Assembly (NCBI GenBank): GCA_002104905.1
Contig: MCFE01000096.1
Span: 62,001 to 126,000, forward strand
Source of the DNA: Basidiobolus meristosporus CBS 931.73
Lineage: Eukaryota; Fungi; Basidiobolomycota
DNA length: 64,000 nucleotides
Reading direction: 5' to 3'
A program made the position numbers and the translations under genes. This document shows, one piece after another, positions 12,401 through 25,084 of this stretch (within the stretch, counting starts at the first letter, position 1; every line of letters starts with the position of its first letter). The notes under the pieces were generated by a model, which saw only the letters and a list, made by a program, of their open reading frames with translations, was not told where the DNA came from and did no database searches.

Positions 12401-13170
12401 TCGGAGACTGCAACGGTTTCACCTCTTTGATTGTCACACTGCTGCTACGTGCCTTGCTCTCATTGGTGATATGAATCAGTGGGATACTCTTGGTATCCCA
12501 CCTGAGCTCAGATGCACTGTAAAGTATATCCATCTTATGTTGGATAAACCAACTCTTGCCAATGAGTAAGTCGTTGGCTGCAACAGGTAGGACCACAACA
12601 TCTTGGCGTATTATCAAGTTGCCTAGCCAAATGGGGCAATTAGGCACCACACCTACCGTTGTATCCAGTTGGTCATTTGCTAGCCGTACTTGAATGGTGT
12701 TGTTGGGGACTATATTTAGTTTTAGACGTTTTGCTAATGACTCTGACATGATCAACGTAGAGGATCCTGTGTCAATAAGGGCAAGAATCTCCTTATTCTC
12801 TATACGTACCTTTACGTATGTACCTTTATTTGGTTTTTGCAGGACCGTCTGGTTGACATGGAGGGTCGTTATCTCCTTCAATCCCTCTATCAGTTCCTTG
12901 ACTAGAGCTGGGGCCAGTCCCAGTAAATTGGTTATTGGGAGGGTTGCCTTGGTTTGCTCTAGTACCTTCATTATGGGGAATAGGCCATGGGAAGACGTGC
13001 TAGTGTTCTTTGTTCGCTTTAACACTTCTTCCTAAGGTTCATTCCGTACTTCTTCACCTAATTCCACGCTCTTTCCTTTTGACAGAACCTCTACTACAGG
13101 TTCCTTTGCCTCCTCTCTAGAAGCATCATGTCAACGCTTCTTCTTCCGCACTTCAATTGTCCTGACCGGA
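9432..13170 (-). pseudogene. Gypsy-1 pol (protease, RT, RNase H, integrase) broken by point stop codons
   Basis: [39 protein letters not shown] zinc finger and rve core. Confidence 0.95.
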
Positions 13171-13174
13171 GGGC

Positions 13175-14047
13175 TTAGATTGACTGAGTCCCGTTGGCCT
13201 CCTGGCAAGGGACTCTGTCTTTTGACGCCTTCTTCTCTTTTGTGTCCGGTACGGCTTCTCTTCTGTACTGTTTTTCACATTCATGGGCCCAGTGGCCTAC
13301 TTCTCCACACACATAACACGGATACTGTTGTTGCGGTTGTTCCATCTGTTGGGTCAGGACTTGAACCTGGGCATTTAGATCTATGACAGCTTCCCAGAGT
13401 TTATCACCTTCTTTGGGGACTTCTTGGACATTGTTGATCAAGAGTTCTTGGACCTTTTGCCGTAATTCCTCTAACTCACAGTCTTTTGGGGAGGCAATTT
13501 TTCCTTTCTTACGGGGGATCCCTGTCCTTCGATCATCTGTATCACTATAGGGTAGCCCCCATAGCAAGATGACTCCTTGTACTTGTTTGACCAACTCTTG
13601 CAACGTTTTACATCCCTGTTGTTCTTTGGACGCCCTACATCTTATTTTGTCGTCTAAGCCCATGATGTAATACCTCATGAGCTGTTGTTTGGCAATTTTG
13701 TCCTTTGGGAGACATCAAACTCGTCGGAGAAACAGTTCAGAATAGGCTTCATAGCTTTCACTGCTTTTCTTCCGCAAGGACAGTAGAAGGGCTTTGTAGT
13801 GGTATCCTTTGGCATATAGAAAGCGTGTCTTGTAGGCTTCTTCTAGTGCATCCCAGTCGTCTTTGACTGCGTCTTCCAACCCATAATGCCATTGCCATGC
13901 TGACCCTTCCATATGTCTTGCAAACTCTCTTACTTTCTTATTGTTGTCCCATCCTGCATCAACTGTAACTCTCTCAAACTTATCAAACCACTCAAGGGCT
14001 TTCTCTCTCTTTCCCTTGTATGTTTTTAGTTTGATTGTAGTAGTCAT
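13175..14047 (-). pseudogene. Gypsy-1 gag with CCHC zinc knuckle
   Basis: Retrotransposon-gag-like EWFDKFER...W..LEEAYKTRF; knuckle CYVCGEVGHWAHEC. Confidence 0.9.
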
Positions 14048-14067
14048 TACCTCACTTGTGCTTATTT

Positions 14068-14084
14068 CCGCAGAGACAGCACCA
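14068..14084 (-). promoter_or_regulatory. Gypsy-1 primer binding site
   Basis: TGGTGCTGTCTCTGCGG, 4 nt inside the 5' LTR; the cognate tRNA was not identified. Confidence 0.7.
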
Positions 14085-14088
14085 AATA

Positions 14089-14475
14089 TGTGGGTTATTA
14101 CTGACTGTACTTGGTGAGTGGGAGAGCTTGTAGGTCAAGTCAGTACCACTTGGTTGAGAATAGCTTCCAATAGAAGGTAGCAAGGTAATAAAGACTTCTG
14201 TTTATTTCGTCCAAATCTTGTTGTTCTTCCTGGTTCAATTGGGTAGATATATATATCACTTGGGGGGGCTTAGACAATAGACAATGTGTTATAAAATAGG
14301 GGTGTGAACACCTTCCTGTTATGGTAAGTGTTCTAACTAGATAAGGGCAGGGATAGGAGGGGAGGACGCGTGGGGGAATCATAGGGAGGGTACTGGAGGA
14401 CTTTGGGTAGGACTCTGGAGGGAACTCTTGGGAGAACTCTTGGGCAAAGAGTGGGTACTACATTGAGTACTCACA
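14089..14475 (-). repeat. Gypsy-1 5' LTR
   Basis: Direct repeat of 8759-9145, adjacent to the PBS. Confidence 0.95.
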
Positions 14476-15348
14476 TGCTCTACCCTCACTCTGAAATGAT
14501 TATATATCTCATTGTAGAGCTTCTGCTTCCTGCTAAGCACACCATTCCTTGGCTTCCTATAAGCTGTGATACATCCTAATCTCTGACAATCCTCTCCTAT
14601 ATAGGCTAAGTCTGCCATACATTTCTCCCCTCTACTGAATTCTGGATGATTCTCTACCCAGAGTGCTTTGTCATGCCTACTTCTAGCAAATGGCCCACTA
14701 AACCAGATGATGTTACCCTCAATGTCAGACAGTGCTTGAAACTTCACAAAGTGAGCCTTGTACTTGCCAGAATAAAAGTGCCTCTGCCCCCTAAAAGGTC
14801 TGTTAATCCTAATCAGGAAGGTATCCAAAATACTCCTTATACTGAACCTGTTGCTGAACACTCTGGGATATGGATGTCTATAGAAGCTTCTAAACCTAGT
14901 ACTCCAAGCTTGCTCTAAGTCATTCATGCCCTCTGCAAGGTGGTTCTCCATTGCTGTCAGCTGAGAATGAAAGCTTCTAGGACTTTTGTTGCCATGGATG
15001 GTGGGATGAGACCTTGTAGGGGAATAGTTCTTGTAATAGCAGAGAAGCTCAACAAGGGATCTCCTTGAGTAGATTGGGGTAGATGGACCACAGTACTTGG
15101 TATAGATCTCCTCCAGTGTGTCAAAAGGAAATCCAGTGGTAGTGATGGGATTGATGAGAAAAGACCATTCAGATGAGTAAGTCATACTAAAATTGGGAGG
15201 ATCAAGCTGAGATAATTTGATTTCAGTATGGCCCAAGTGTCTACAATGAGTGTTCATACAGATATTTGGGCACTACTCATTAATCTAGCAGAACTTGATA
15301 CCTTGGAGAGTTGACAGAGATGGAAGAACCTGAGTAGCAAGCTGTGGC

Positions 15349-16137
15349 ATGAGTTCTACATCAAGATGCCTGCGGATGTATGTAAGAAGATATAACAGCA
15401 CAAGTATTGAAATCAAGAATGAGTTGAGAGTGAGGGGATTTGATGAGGAAGCTGCATGGGAACAAATTTGCGCGCACTTTGCACAGTACGGGCTGGACAC
15501 GTCTGTTTGTGCCTTGACTTTGGGAACCAAAGAGATTTTGAATGAGTATTTGCCTCAAATGACTAATGTATTATGTGATTTATTAGTAAAGCTAAGTGGC
15601 TTCCAAGAGCAATATACACAGGACTCATCCAGGCAACAGTTGCAAAGTATCAGACAGAGGGTAAGTCAATACCTTGAGGAATTAGAAGGTGAGCTTCAAG
15701 AGGAGGAATACAGACCACAAGCAACATTGTCTAGATTGTGCCAGCACACCTTGCTGGATTCCTTACCATCCCTTGCAACTTCAGCACGCTGGCGCATGTC
15801 AGTCCAAACTATGCCAACACCCTTCAAAAGAGTGCCACGCATTGACTCAATGTGTATTGGGTCAACGTGCGTGCTTCAAAGCAAAACCACCAGAACCCGC
15901 CAAACTGCTCAAAGAGACACAAGTCCATTGGAGCAGGCCAAGTTGCGTCAACAAGCAGCATCACATCCAACCCAGCTAAGGGCCATGCCAATGCATCAAG
16001 TTGCATCTGCATGTGGCATTACACCTGACCATCAGCAAGTTTCTTCTGGTGAGCTGACGGATGATGACCTACATGAAGTGCCTCCACCACCAGAGCCTTT
16101 GGCAAGTAAAAGAACACGTCAGCATGTAGCACTGTAG
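15349..16137 (+). pseudogene. PHIS accessory ORF2 of unknown function
   Basis: 262-aa ORF divergent from the transposase and conserved in copy 1. An upstream frameshifted segment reads QRWKNLSSKLW. Confidence 0.65.
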
Positions 16138-16329
16138 GCCAGCTCAGTTGCATCATCCGGAGCAATTCAGCGCGGCCAAGCTGCAGCATTGCACTCATTA
16201 ACTAGGAGGCAAAATACTGACTACAAATACACAAGTAGCCAAGAGGATAGTCAACAAGAAAGTAGTTTAGGTGTGCAAAGTGAATCACTACCAAATGCTT
16301 CAGTAGTAATTCCTGTGAGAAAAAAGCCT

Positions 16330-17900
16330 AGGAGAAGATGATGCAATTACATTGAATTGCTATTATTGGTAATGATCCAAACAACACATTTTTTTTTGCA
16401 ATCCACATCAAGCCATTGCAATATTGCGCCCAATCATTCTTAGAGACCGTGGATTGTGCCACATGCTCTGGCACAGTACCATGGAAGAAGTATAGTCTAT
16501 ATGCATCTTTTTGCAACTAACCTGGCTTTGAACCTCACTACAGAGGCATCCATATGCTATTTGGCCTTCAGGCCTGACTTGCTTTTTGTAGGCCCCTCCC
16601 CTGATGGTAAATAGACTAGCTTGCATGTTTGATTATTCATGAGTAAATGATCTTACTCATCCTAGTGTGAATTATATTGAGCACAATCTGGACATTTTAA
16701 AGCTGTCTTATTTGTCTATTGCTCATCAAAGCTGGCATCCACTACTTTAGCATTAATCTCAGATCCTCACATACATGAGCCATAATAATCTACTTTTTTG
16801 AATTTTCTTACTGACTGATTGAATTCATGCATTGCCACAATTGCTAAATGGGGATTATGCAGTAGATTAGCTGTGTATTCTTCAATATGTGTTAAAAAAT
16901 TTGTGTTCAAAATGGCACTGGGGTTAAAACAATCTGATCTTTCATTGGATGCTCCATTACTGGCCATGACTACTTTGAAATCAGAAATCTCAGCAGGCCT
17001 TTGTATTATTGCAAGTCAGATTTCCTGCTTCTGCTGTACCAATTTAGCTCAGTCTTCTTTGGATGCACAATTTAGAGCAGTGCAGCCCAATATCCTGAAG
17101 TGCACTATATCTTGCTTTTTTTCTTATATCAGCTTGCAGGTATAAAACTCTATACTGCTGTTTTTACATACTAACCTCTGACATAAACAGGCATCATAAA
17201 TAATTGTAACCAAGTTCTTGGATATGTACACGATTCCTGAGACATGCTTATTGGCATCACTGTCATAGTCCTTTGAGTGTTTGTCATTACCCCACTATGT
17301 TGTAAGCAATATGTTGAACATATTTGCAACACTATACCTGCTTTTATGCAGAAGTAGGAATGCATCTTTGAACAGTGACTGCATTGGTTATAACTTTTGT
17401 GCTAAGTTTTATGAGTATATGTATCCTATATTATTTATACTTGAGCTCTGAAATATGCCCTAAACTTACTATGAGACTTCACAGAGTATCCAAGAGTTAA
17501 TCTTGTTCAGCCACCACTTGCCATGGTAAAATATCACTTTTGTACCTGCATGATTATCTTTATGAGCCTAAATATGTCAGTATATATTCACACGGCACCT
17601 GAGTAGGTTGGGCTTTATCAGCATTTAGACCCTGGGCTATTTCCAGGCACACCAATAAGGTATCTGGTGCCAGTCATAGCATGTACTTCACATAACCTAG
17701 TTTGCCTAATCCAGAATCAAATACTCTCCAAATGAATTCAGCATAGCACCAGTATCTACTGCACCTTCTATGCTTATACCACTCAGAAAACCTTCAGAAT
17801 TGTAACCTCTACAAGGCTATCATTCCATTTTTTAATATTATTGAACTTTATAGACTCACATGGGTCAACAATGTTGATATACTAGTCACCCACTGTAGTG
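16330..17900 (-). mobile_element. Highly decayed Copia integrase-RT relic
   Basis: YFCIKAGIVLQ...QHSGVM (compare FC..HGI..Q...QQNGVAE), HFRILGCTA, and IDYTSSMV...SLRMIG. Confidence 0.6.
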
Positions 17901-18063
17901 TCTGAAGCTGAAATAAGTGTTACATCATATTCTTCTTTGACATGTTCTGATCTATCATGTTGATTTCTAAGATGGAGCAGTTCTTGGTCAAGTCATTTGG
18001 TACTTATGTTGTCCCATACTTTCATAAGGAAATCAAGTGAATTATCAATAACTATCTGCATTA

Positions 18064-18863
18064 TGATAGGGTGAACTTACATCCCACAGACAGGTTTATC
18101 CATATAGCTATTATGATTCACTTGTCCTTATTATATCTTATCAGTACTAACCCATTCTTCTTTTGCCAATATTATTAGTATTTTCCCCATTTGATGTTTA
18201 CCCTGTTTATTTATTAGCATTAGTTATCCCATGTGTTATTCAGCTCTGCAATCTGTATATGTATCTACATTAGGCAGGTACCTGTGTCAGTAGCTGTGAT
18301 ACATGACCTAATTCTGTGTTACAATCTCTACCATTTCAATAACAGGTATGGCATCTCTATGCTACACAGGTTTCAGATTACTAATCCCAGATTGGTTGGA
18401 TATGCTGTGCCTTTTAGAACCTTCCAGGACCTTTTTGGAGTATTTTCAGCTCATAGTGATGTCTTCAAGAATTACATTGATGCATGGAATCTTCCAGAAC
18501 CTTGTCACTAGTAGCCACTTGGCAATCTGGAGAAGTATTTAAGGGAAGTCGATCCCTCATCAATAAATCATCCCTTCTATTGTAACACATCTCTCTTCTT
18601 GATTAGCAGTTGATCACTGCACCTGCCTTCAGCAGCTACACCTCAGACCTGCCATTAAGAAGCTTTCCAGGGTAGTGCACAAGTCACACAAAGGCCTTTG
18701 GAGACACTTGGAGCACCAACAAAGCTAGAGAAACAGGAGCTTTTACCATAGTAATATATTGACAAAGATACCAGCAGTTTAGACCCAGAGGCTATTGCAC
18801 CCATCAGACACCTCACACACCTTGAGTTATGTGGCTTCTTAGGAGTACCTCTACACCACCACA
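18064..18863 (+). repeat. Diverged solo LTR related to the Gypsy-2 LTR
   Basis: 18290-18620 aligns with 32490-32830, and both end in TACACCACCACA. The left edge is approximate. Confidence 0.6.
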
Positions 18864-18959
18864 GTGAGAGGAGGTGCAACTGGACAGCACCTGATTAGTC
18901 AAATGGTGTATAAGGGCTTGGAGGAATTTTGTTCAAATCAGTTCACATTATATTATATA

Positions 18960-19190
18960 TATGGTACCCAATGCTTGCCGTCAGATCTTTGTTACCTTTA
19001 TGCATTGCACCCAATGTTAGCTTCAACTAAGGTCAAAAGCAGGTTTCACTCAGTAAATGTGGAGAAGCAGTGGGGTTAATTGTATAAAGCTGCAGAGCTA
19101 TGTTTCACAGTTTGTGGGCAAATACTGTTCTGCTGTGCTTCTGAAGTGCATTACTGGAGTACTAACACTTATGGCTCAATATGGCGCTAC
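18960..19190. mobile_element. Old relic of the MITE arm
   Basis: GAGCTATGTTTCACA and CACTTATGGCTCAATATGGC segments match the MITE right arm. Confidence 0.5.
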
Positions 19191-20626
19191 ACAAAATTAT
19201 AAGTTAACTTTCACTTGCCTATTTGGCTTGGAGCCTGAGAAGACTGCATTGTACCCTTCAGTGGCCATACTGTTGATATGGTTTTTTACATGTAATCATG
19301 ATAATTGTACCAGCTGCTAATGCATGCATTTGCTCAAGCCTTCTTCAGTTGCTGCCTGGAGTGGGGTTAAGTAACAAGCAAGACATGTGTCAAGCTACAG
19401 CTTCAGACTTAATGCTGACTATTATGGGTAACCATCTGGTTGTACACAAATGTAGACATCACTTGCCAAGTACAAGAGTCTCCTATGTCCAATAGACAGT
19501 TGAAAAGTCAGTGCTGTAATCATGCCATATTGCTGGATGTGGGGCTGTTTGCCCAACGGACAAGACTATTCTGGTTAAAGGTTCTAAGAGAGGAAAAGAT
19601 TTACCACATGGTTTTTTTATGATGCACTTCCACCCTTTAGCATATAGACTTACTAAGTACAAAAAAGACCATGGTGGGTGTTTTCCACAATAGTCATATT
19701 TTAACATTAATGATTTGCTACAGCACTTAGAATATCCTGCCACCAGCCTCATACTTCTGGTCCAGTATTAAGTTACACTTGTCACCTTATCAAAGCTGAG
19801 CTAGATGAGTCTGTAGTGCCTTTTGGCCTGCTTCTGACAATCAATTATGGCCTGTACATTGATGGTGCTACAGAGTGATCACTGATGGATCTGAATCTGC
19901 CTACACTCAAAATAATACTCAGCATGGTACCAGTACAATACAATAGAGTGACAAGATAGAGCTGAGAAAATATGCAGGTATATATTTGGTGACATGATAG
20001 AATCAACAAGAAATGGTGACAAAGCTGGACCTATGTCCTTGTTAAAGATCCTCAGTATCACACCTTTGCTTATGTGGTATAGCTGCTATACCACAACAGG
20101 GGAGATTCATATTGTCCAAATGCATACCATCACAGCTTCAGAGTGAATACACAATGCACTATCAATGATTTTATTTAGTCTTGACAATGGTGCAAAACTT
20201 GTAAGATCTTAGCACTGAAGGGAGTGACAAGGTCAAGACTGCAAGTGAGTCCTAAAGGGGTTATAGTTAGTCAAGAGTTGTTAAGCAGATTTTAGCTGCT
20301 GTTGCCGTGTTGTCTCCTTGGTTGCTTTACAAGAAGTCATATACTCTGCTTTATTTGCAGAAGTTATTAGAGCAAGTTGTTTCTTATAGGTTTAAGTCAT
20401 AACTGCACCAGTATTCAGAGTACATATCTAATAGTGGAATATTGGCCAAATTGATCTCTTCCCCATTTAGTAGCATCATTGCCATCAAGCTTAACATGTT
20501 GATGGCTCTAGCATATTTTAAAACATTATTAGTAGCACCTTGCATGGATCTGAAGTTTAATCTATGATTATTGTACCAACAGTGAACCCAGAAAATTACA
20601 TGTCTTCAGCTGTCTTGAAAATGTGG

Positions 20627-20989
20627 TGTTGTATCTCAAGAAATGTCTAGATAAGGAGCTTATCAAGAAGTAGTGATAAAGATCTAACTGTAGTTCATTC
20701 ATAAGGGAGCTCAGCATTTGTACCTTTGTAGAAATAAGACAAATGTAGAATTAACTTTTTAGCTTCTTAATACTCAGGAGCATGCTGCTACAGTCTCAGA
20801 GTAGATTATTGTTGCTCAGTAAAGGTGATAGTGTCTTGATGACTATCCAGGAACTATCTCTGATTCATAGGAGTAATGAAAGTGGCAAAGCAAGGGCTGT
20901 AATTAAGTCTCACAGCAGCTATGGCCATGATAGAGTTGTTGAGCATCTTTTAAGTAGCAGGAACTTCAATAAAAGCAGCTCAGGTCTCA
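20627..20989 (-). repeat. Diverged solo LTR, Copia family 2
   Basis: Colinear with the reverse complement of 26522-26890 (CTTATCAAGAA.TAGTGATA, TACCTTTGTAGAA, GAAAGTGGCAAAG). Confidence 0.6.
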
Positions 20990-21949
20990 ATGAATGCAAT
21001 GCTAACTAAATTTCTTATTCTTCAACAACCTCAATATCAAGACTTGTAACATCTACAATCCAATGGCCTCCTAGGTTGCTTAATAAGCTGCCAAATATGC
21101 ACTTCAGCCACAGAGTTGCTGCAGACTTGCAATTTCCTTTATTGAGGTGTCCCTGAATGTCTTTGCTTTTTTAAGATCAATTTAGCATTGATGTTTGCAT
21201 GGATGAATAAGCTTTGAGCTCAATAGAAAGAATTCAGCTCAATATTGTAACTTCCCTACACTCATGCTTGCTACAGAGATCTGCTTTTGGTTGTTTAAAA
21301 GCCTCCTGTTCACTAGTAATCAGGATTAAGCTGTACATATGGAGAACCTATAACCATCATTCCCTTTTAGGCTGTTTTTATATTTTCCTTGACCCATCAG
21401 GCTGCAAATGAGCCTTATCTCTTCTAGATATGACTTGATCATGTAATTTCATGCCCTAGATGCCTGCTGAGGCCCAAGCAATAATCTTCTGAGTTTGGAC
21501 ACCTTGTCAAGTTTTGGCTTCTTTGGGCATGGAATAAGCTTCTAGTTACTCTCTAGATATGATTTGAGGCTGATTTGTATTATAGAACATTACCCTTGAG
21601 TTTGTATGTTGTAGATCTGACCATTGTGCAGCAATTCGGAGCTGAGCTGTCCTAAAGCAGCCAATGCTACCTACCAAAGCCAATCTTTCCTTGAGGTACT
21701 TTGCATACTCTTTATAACAGTGTTCCCATCCATTGTCATTTCAAAATGCTTTCAATATGGAGCCAGCTTATGCCCCTGAGATTTTCTTGTTGTGCCTATA
21801 CATTTGCTTAGCCTCATTCATGTTTTTGGAAGTAATATACAAGCCTAAGTTATTTTAACATCAATTGATGTCATTCAATACATATATCTTAGCTCCTAAG
21901 TATAGTAATCTTATGAACCCACCTGTGTCTCAGTGTGCTCCAGTCACTA

Positions 21950-23100
21950 CTTTGGAGGTGTCAATATCTCCAAAGCTCTGGAAAGCTGTCAAGCTTAGTT
22001 TCTATATAATCATCTTGTGAAGTCATTTGGTTGCACTGGAACTGGGTAATAGTGGCCTAGCATAAGCTAATTTTTCATTCATTTGGTCATTCTGTTTTCC
22101 TTTGTGTGTTCCATTGCCATAGGTGAATCTCTCCGTTTCAACAGTGCTTACATACTCAGGTACTCTTATCTGGTATGTAGACTTGCATATATTGTGATCC
22201 CTGACTTCCAAAGCTACATTTTGACTATTTTGGCTCATATTTGGGCTGCTGGGTAGTTGCTTAACTAGCTGAGAGTTGGTTCTTACCTATTCCAGAGGCT
22301 GTGATATATTACTTCAGTGCTTAAATAGGATTTGTTTTAGTAAAGTCAGATAGCTTAGTGTCTAGCCTATCAGTATATCAGGCTTAGCTATCAAATCAGC
22401 AGTATTTGTCAGCAGGTGTATCATCAAATCCTTCTTAGTCAGAAGTAGAAGTATTTAGTTGGATCTAATTGGGTGATGATGATGCAGTTAACCAAGTCAT
22501 GAGCCACAACCTACATTAGGCAATATAACTAGCTGTCACTTTATCAGTCAAGTGCACTTGAGTAGCTGGTGGAACCTCCATAAAAATCAGTTCAAATTTC
22601 AGTGAATTCAATACTGGCCAAACTACATGTTGCTCTACATCTCTTATTTCAAGACTTGTAACACAGCCAAACAGAGCACATCAGTCAGTTTTGCAGTTTT
22701 GCTCCTTAGCTACAAAGATTGTCTTAAAGTTGCTGAACCACTCCACTGTACCTTAAGTATGCTGCAATGCTTCAGATCATTATACCACTCTTTACAATGG
22801 CTTCTTTGACTCACTTGCACTGTCACAAGCAGTGGCTCACCTTTGATGTATAATTTGCTTGCTTCATTTTTTTTGTCTACTGTTAATTCCTGTATATAGA
22901 GCTTGTATGCATTTTGACATCCTATTAGTTTTCTACAGTCAGTATTAAAACCAGTTCCTATCATATTGCCTTGGGCAGATATCAGCAATCCTCCTGCATG
23001 CCTGTATGCTTTAAAGTAGCATCTGGACTCTGCATTAATTGTTTCAAACTCTGAGGTCCATTACAAATGGCAAGATAAGCTTCTCCATGTACCTTTTATT
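21950..23100 (-). mobile_element. Highly decayed Copia RT relic
   Basis: RKLIGC..AYKL, ELIFMEVPP, PDILIG, LEVRD and SQDDYIE motifs appear in RT order. Confidence 0.5.
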
Positions 23101-23575
23101 TCCAACACTAAAATTCAGGACCATTTCTTATTCCAGTACATATCCTAACAGGGATAATCTGCTCTTTCTGAGTACTGTTAGATGATCTGTCCCTTTCAGG
23201 CTGTGTTTAATTCCTATCATCATCATTGGTGGTAATCACTTCACAACAGTGTCCTCCATAAAGCAGCTGGCATCATATGACCATAGGAGCAGCTTGATAC
23301 AAGCACTCAACAGTGGCTGGACAACCTTCTTGGCATAAAAAACTACTATCACTGAGTGTCCTACTTGCAAAGAATTCACCACTGTGGTAGAAAACATTAC
23401 TCTGATTCTGCATATAGACACATAAGATCCTATCTACCAAAGCTCATGCTGTCCAACATATATTGTGATATTACTGAGTACTACACTTGGTTTGAATCAG
23501 GTGCTAATATTTTCAACATTCATGATGACAATCAGTAAAAAATTATTTGTTTATTTATTAGTAATGCTGCAGAAG

Positions 23576-24370
23576 TATTTCTCTCGGTGGATATCTTCTT
23601 CAATGAATATAATGTGTGTTACAATCTATTTTACTTCTTCTGCTGTCTTCTTGTATATATATGAATTCCCTCTGTATTTACCAGCCATTATGTTAAAGCT
23701 CTTTATACATCTGAATATATGATCAACTCTCACTCTGAAATGATTAGATATCTCATTATAGAGCTTCTGCTTACTGCTAAGCACACCATCCCTTGGCTTC
23801 CTATTAGCGGTAATATATCCTAATCTTGAGCAATCCTCTCCTGTGTAAGCTCAGTCTGCCTTACATTTCTTCCCTCTATTGAATTCTGGATGATTCTCTA
23901 CCCTGAGTGCTTTATCATGCCTACTGCCAGCCAAAGACCAACTAAAGCACATGATTTTGCCTGGAATGTCAGACAGTACTTTGAACTTCACACACTGTGC
24001 CTTGTACTTGACAGAGTGACAATGCCTCTGCCTTCCAGAAGGTCAGTTAATCCTGACTGAGAAGGTATCCAAAATACTGCTTATATGAAGCCAATTACTG
24101 AACATTCTGGGATACAAAGGTCTATTGTAGCATCTGAACATAGTGTTCCAAGCTTGTTCTGAGTCATTCATACTATCTTCAGGATTGTTCTCCATTGCTG
24201 TCACTGGAAATGAGAGTTTTTAGGACTTATGTTGTCATGGATGGTAGGATAAGATCTGGTAGGAATATAGTACTTATGATTGCTGAGAGGCTGACAACGG
24301 ATCTCCTTGAGTAGAATGGGGTAGATGGTCCACGGTACTAGGTATAGATATCTGCTTATGTGTCAAAGGT
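23576..24370 (-). pseudogene. PHIS transposase copy 4, decayed
   Basis: Colinear with 8600-8758 plus 14481-15120; many stops. Confidence 0.85.
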
Positions 24371-25084
24371 AATTATGTAGCATATAGACAGCATGAGAAG
24401 AATTAAAAGATTATGATTGAGTTTTGCCTCACAGATTCCTTCTGATTGCTTATTTGTTGCCACAGTGCCAACAATATCTTGCAATCCACTTTATATTCCT
24501 AGTAAAGCACCTGGCTGCACTTGCACTCTGTGCATACTGAGTAATGTGATGCTTCAAATTCTTCTTGCTTGCCTCAGCCTTCTACATATGTCCAATACAG
24601 TGGCACTCCTGAAGAAAAAGGCTTACTGAAGGATTGCAAATAAATTGTCCCTCATAACAGATCATAACTTGTGACCAGTAAGGTCCAACATGTGGGGGGA
24701 AACCAGCTTGAGCCTGGTGAGCCCAATATTCCATTCACCAGACAACAATATAATATAATGCCCAATTGGGCAGTATACTTACACTGATATAGGTACTGAG
24801 GGCTTTAAGTATCCACTGTTAGCTTGTGCCAGAATTATCCTGGGATGCTACTTATTGTGCATTTAGTGAAATTGAAGCACCATGATGCAGTTGGCAAAAT
24901 GCAATCAATACACTTTGCTGAAGTCATCCTCTGATATTAATTGCAAGCCATCATTGTCAGAAAGTGTAACCAATTCAAGGTGTCCAACTTGGCAAAAATT
25001 AACCAGCACTCAAGTTAGGATTGATGATCCACTTCTGGATAAATAATCCTACAATGTCCACATATGACTCCTAATGCCTCCAAT

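Larger units (their letters stand above)
8759..14475 (-). mobile_element. Complete Ty3/Gypsy LTR retrotransposon (young)
   Basis: 387-bp TG...CA LTRs with 7 differences, 5-bp TSD TGCTC on both sides, domain order gag-PR-RT-RH-IN. Confidence 0.97.
8421..16330 (-). mobile_element. PHIS transposon copy 2, split by the Gypsy at 8759-14475
   Basis: Terminal repeat AGACTTGTTCC at 8421 preceded by AAT. Transposase 3' part lies at 8590-8758 and 5' part at 14481-15200. ORF2 is on + at 15260-16330. Confidence 0.85.

Noticed and set aside
16540-16615. Plus-strand peptide FRPDLLFVGPSPDGK resembling the YqaJ exonuclease motif of ISL2EU/Spy ORF2
   Set aside because: No following ExK motif, and the minus strand here carries ordered Copia RT motifs, so it is an antisense coincidence.
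19200-20180. VPFGL and YIDG words suggesting a Gypsy RT
   Set aside because: Motif spacing is far too short and no other RT motifs were found; left unassigned.
22460-22530. LGDDD reading (also near 3170) suggesting an RT active site or gag
   Set aside because: The opposite strand gives a colinear series of Copia RT motifs.
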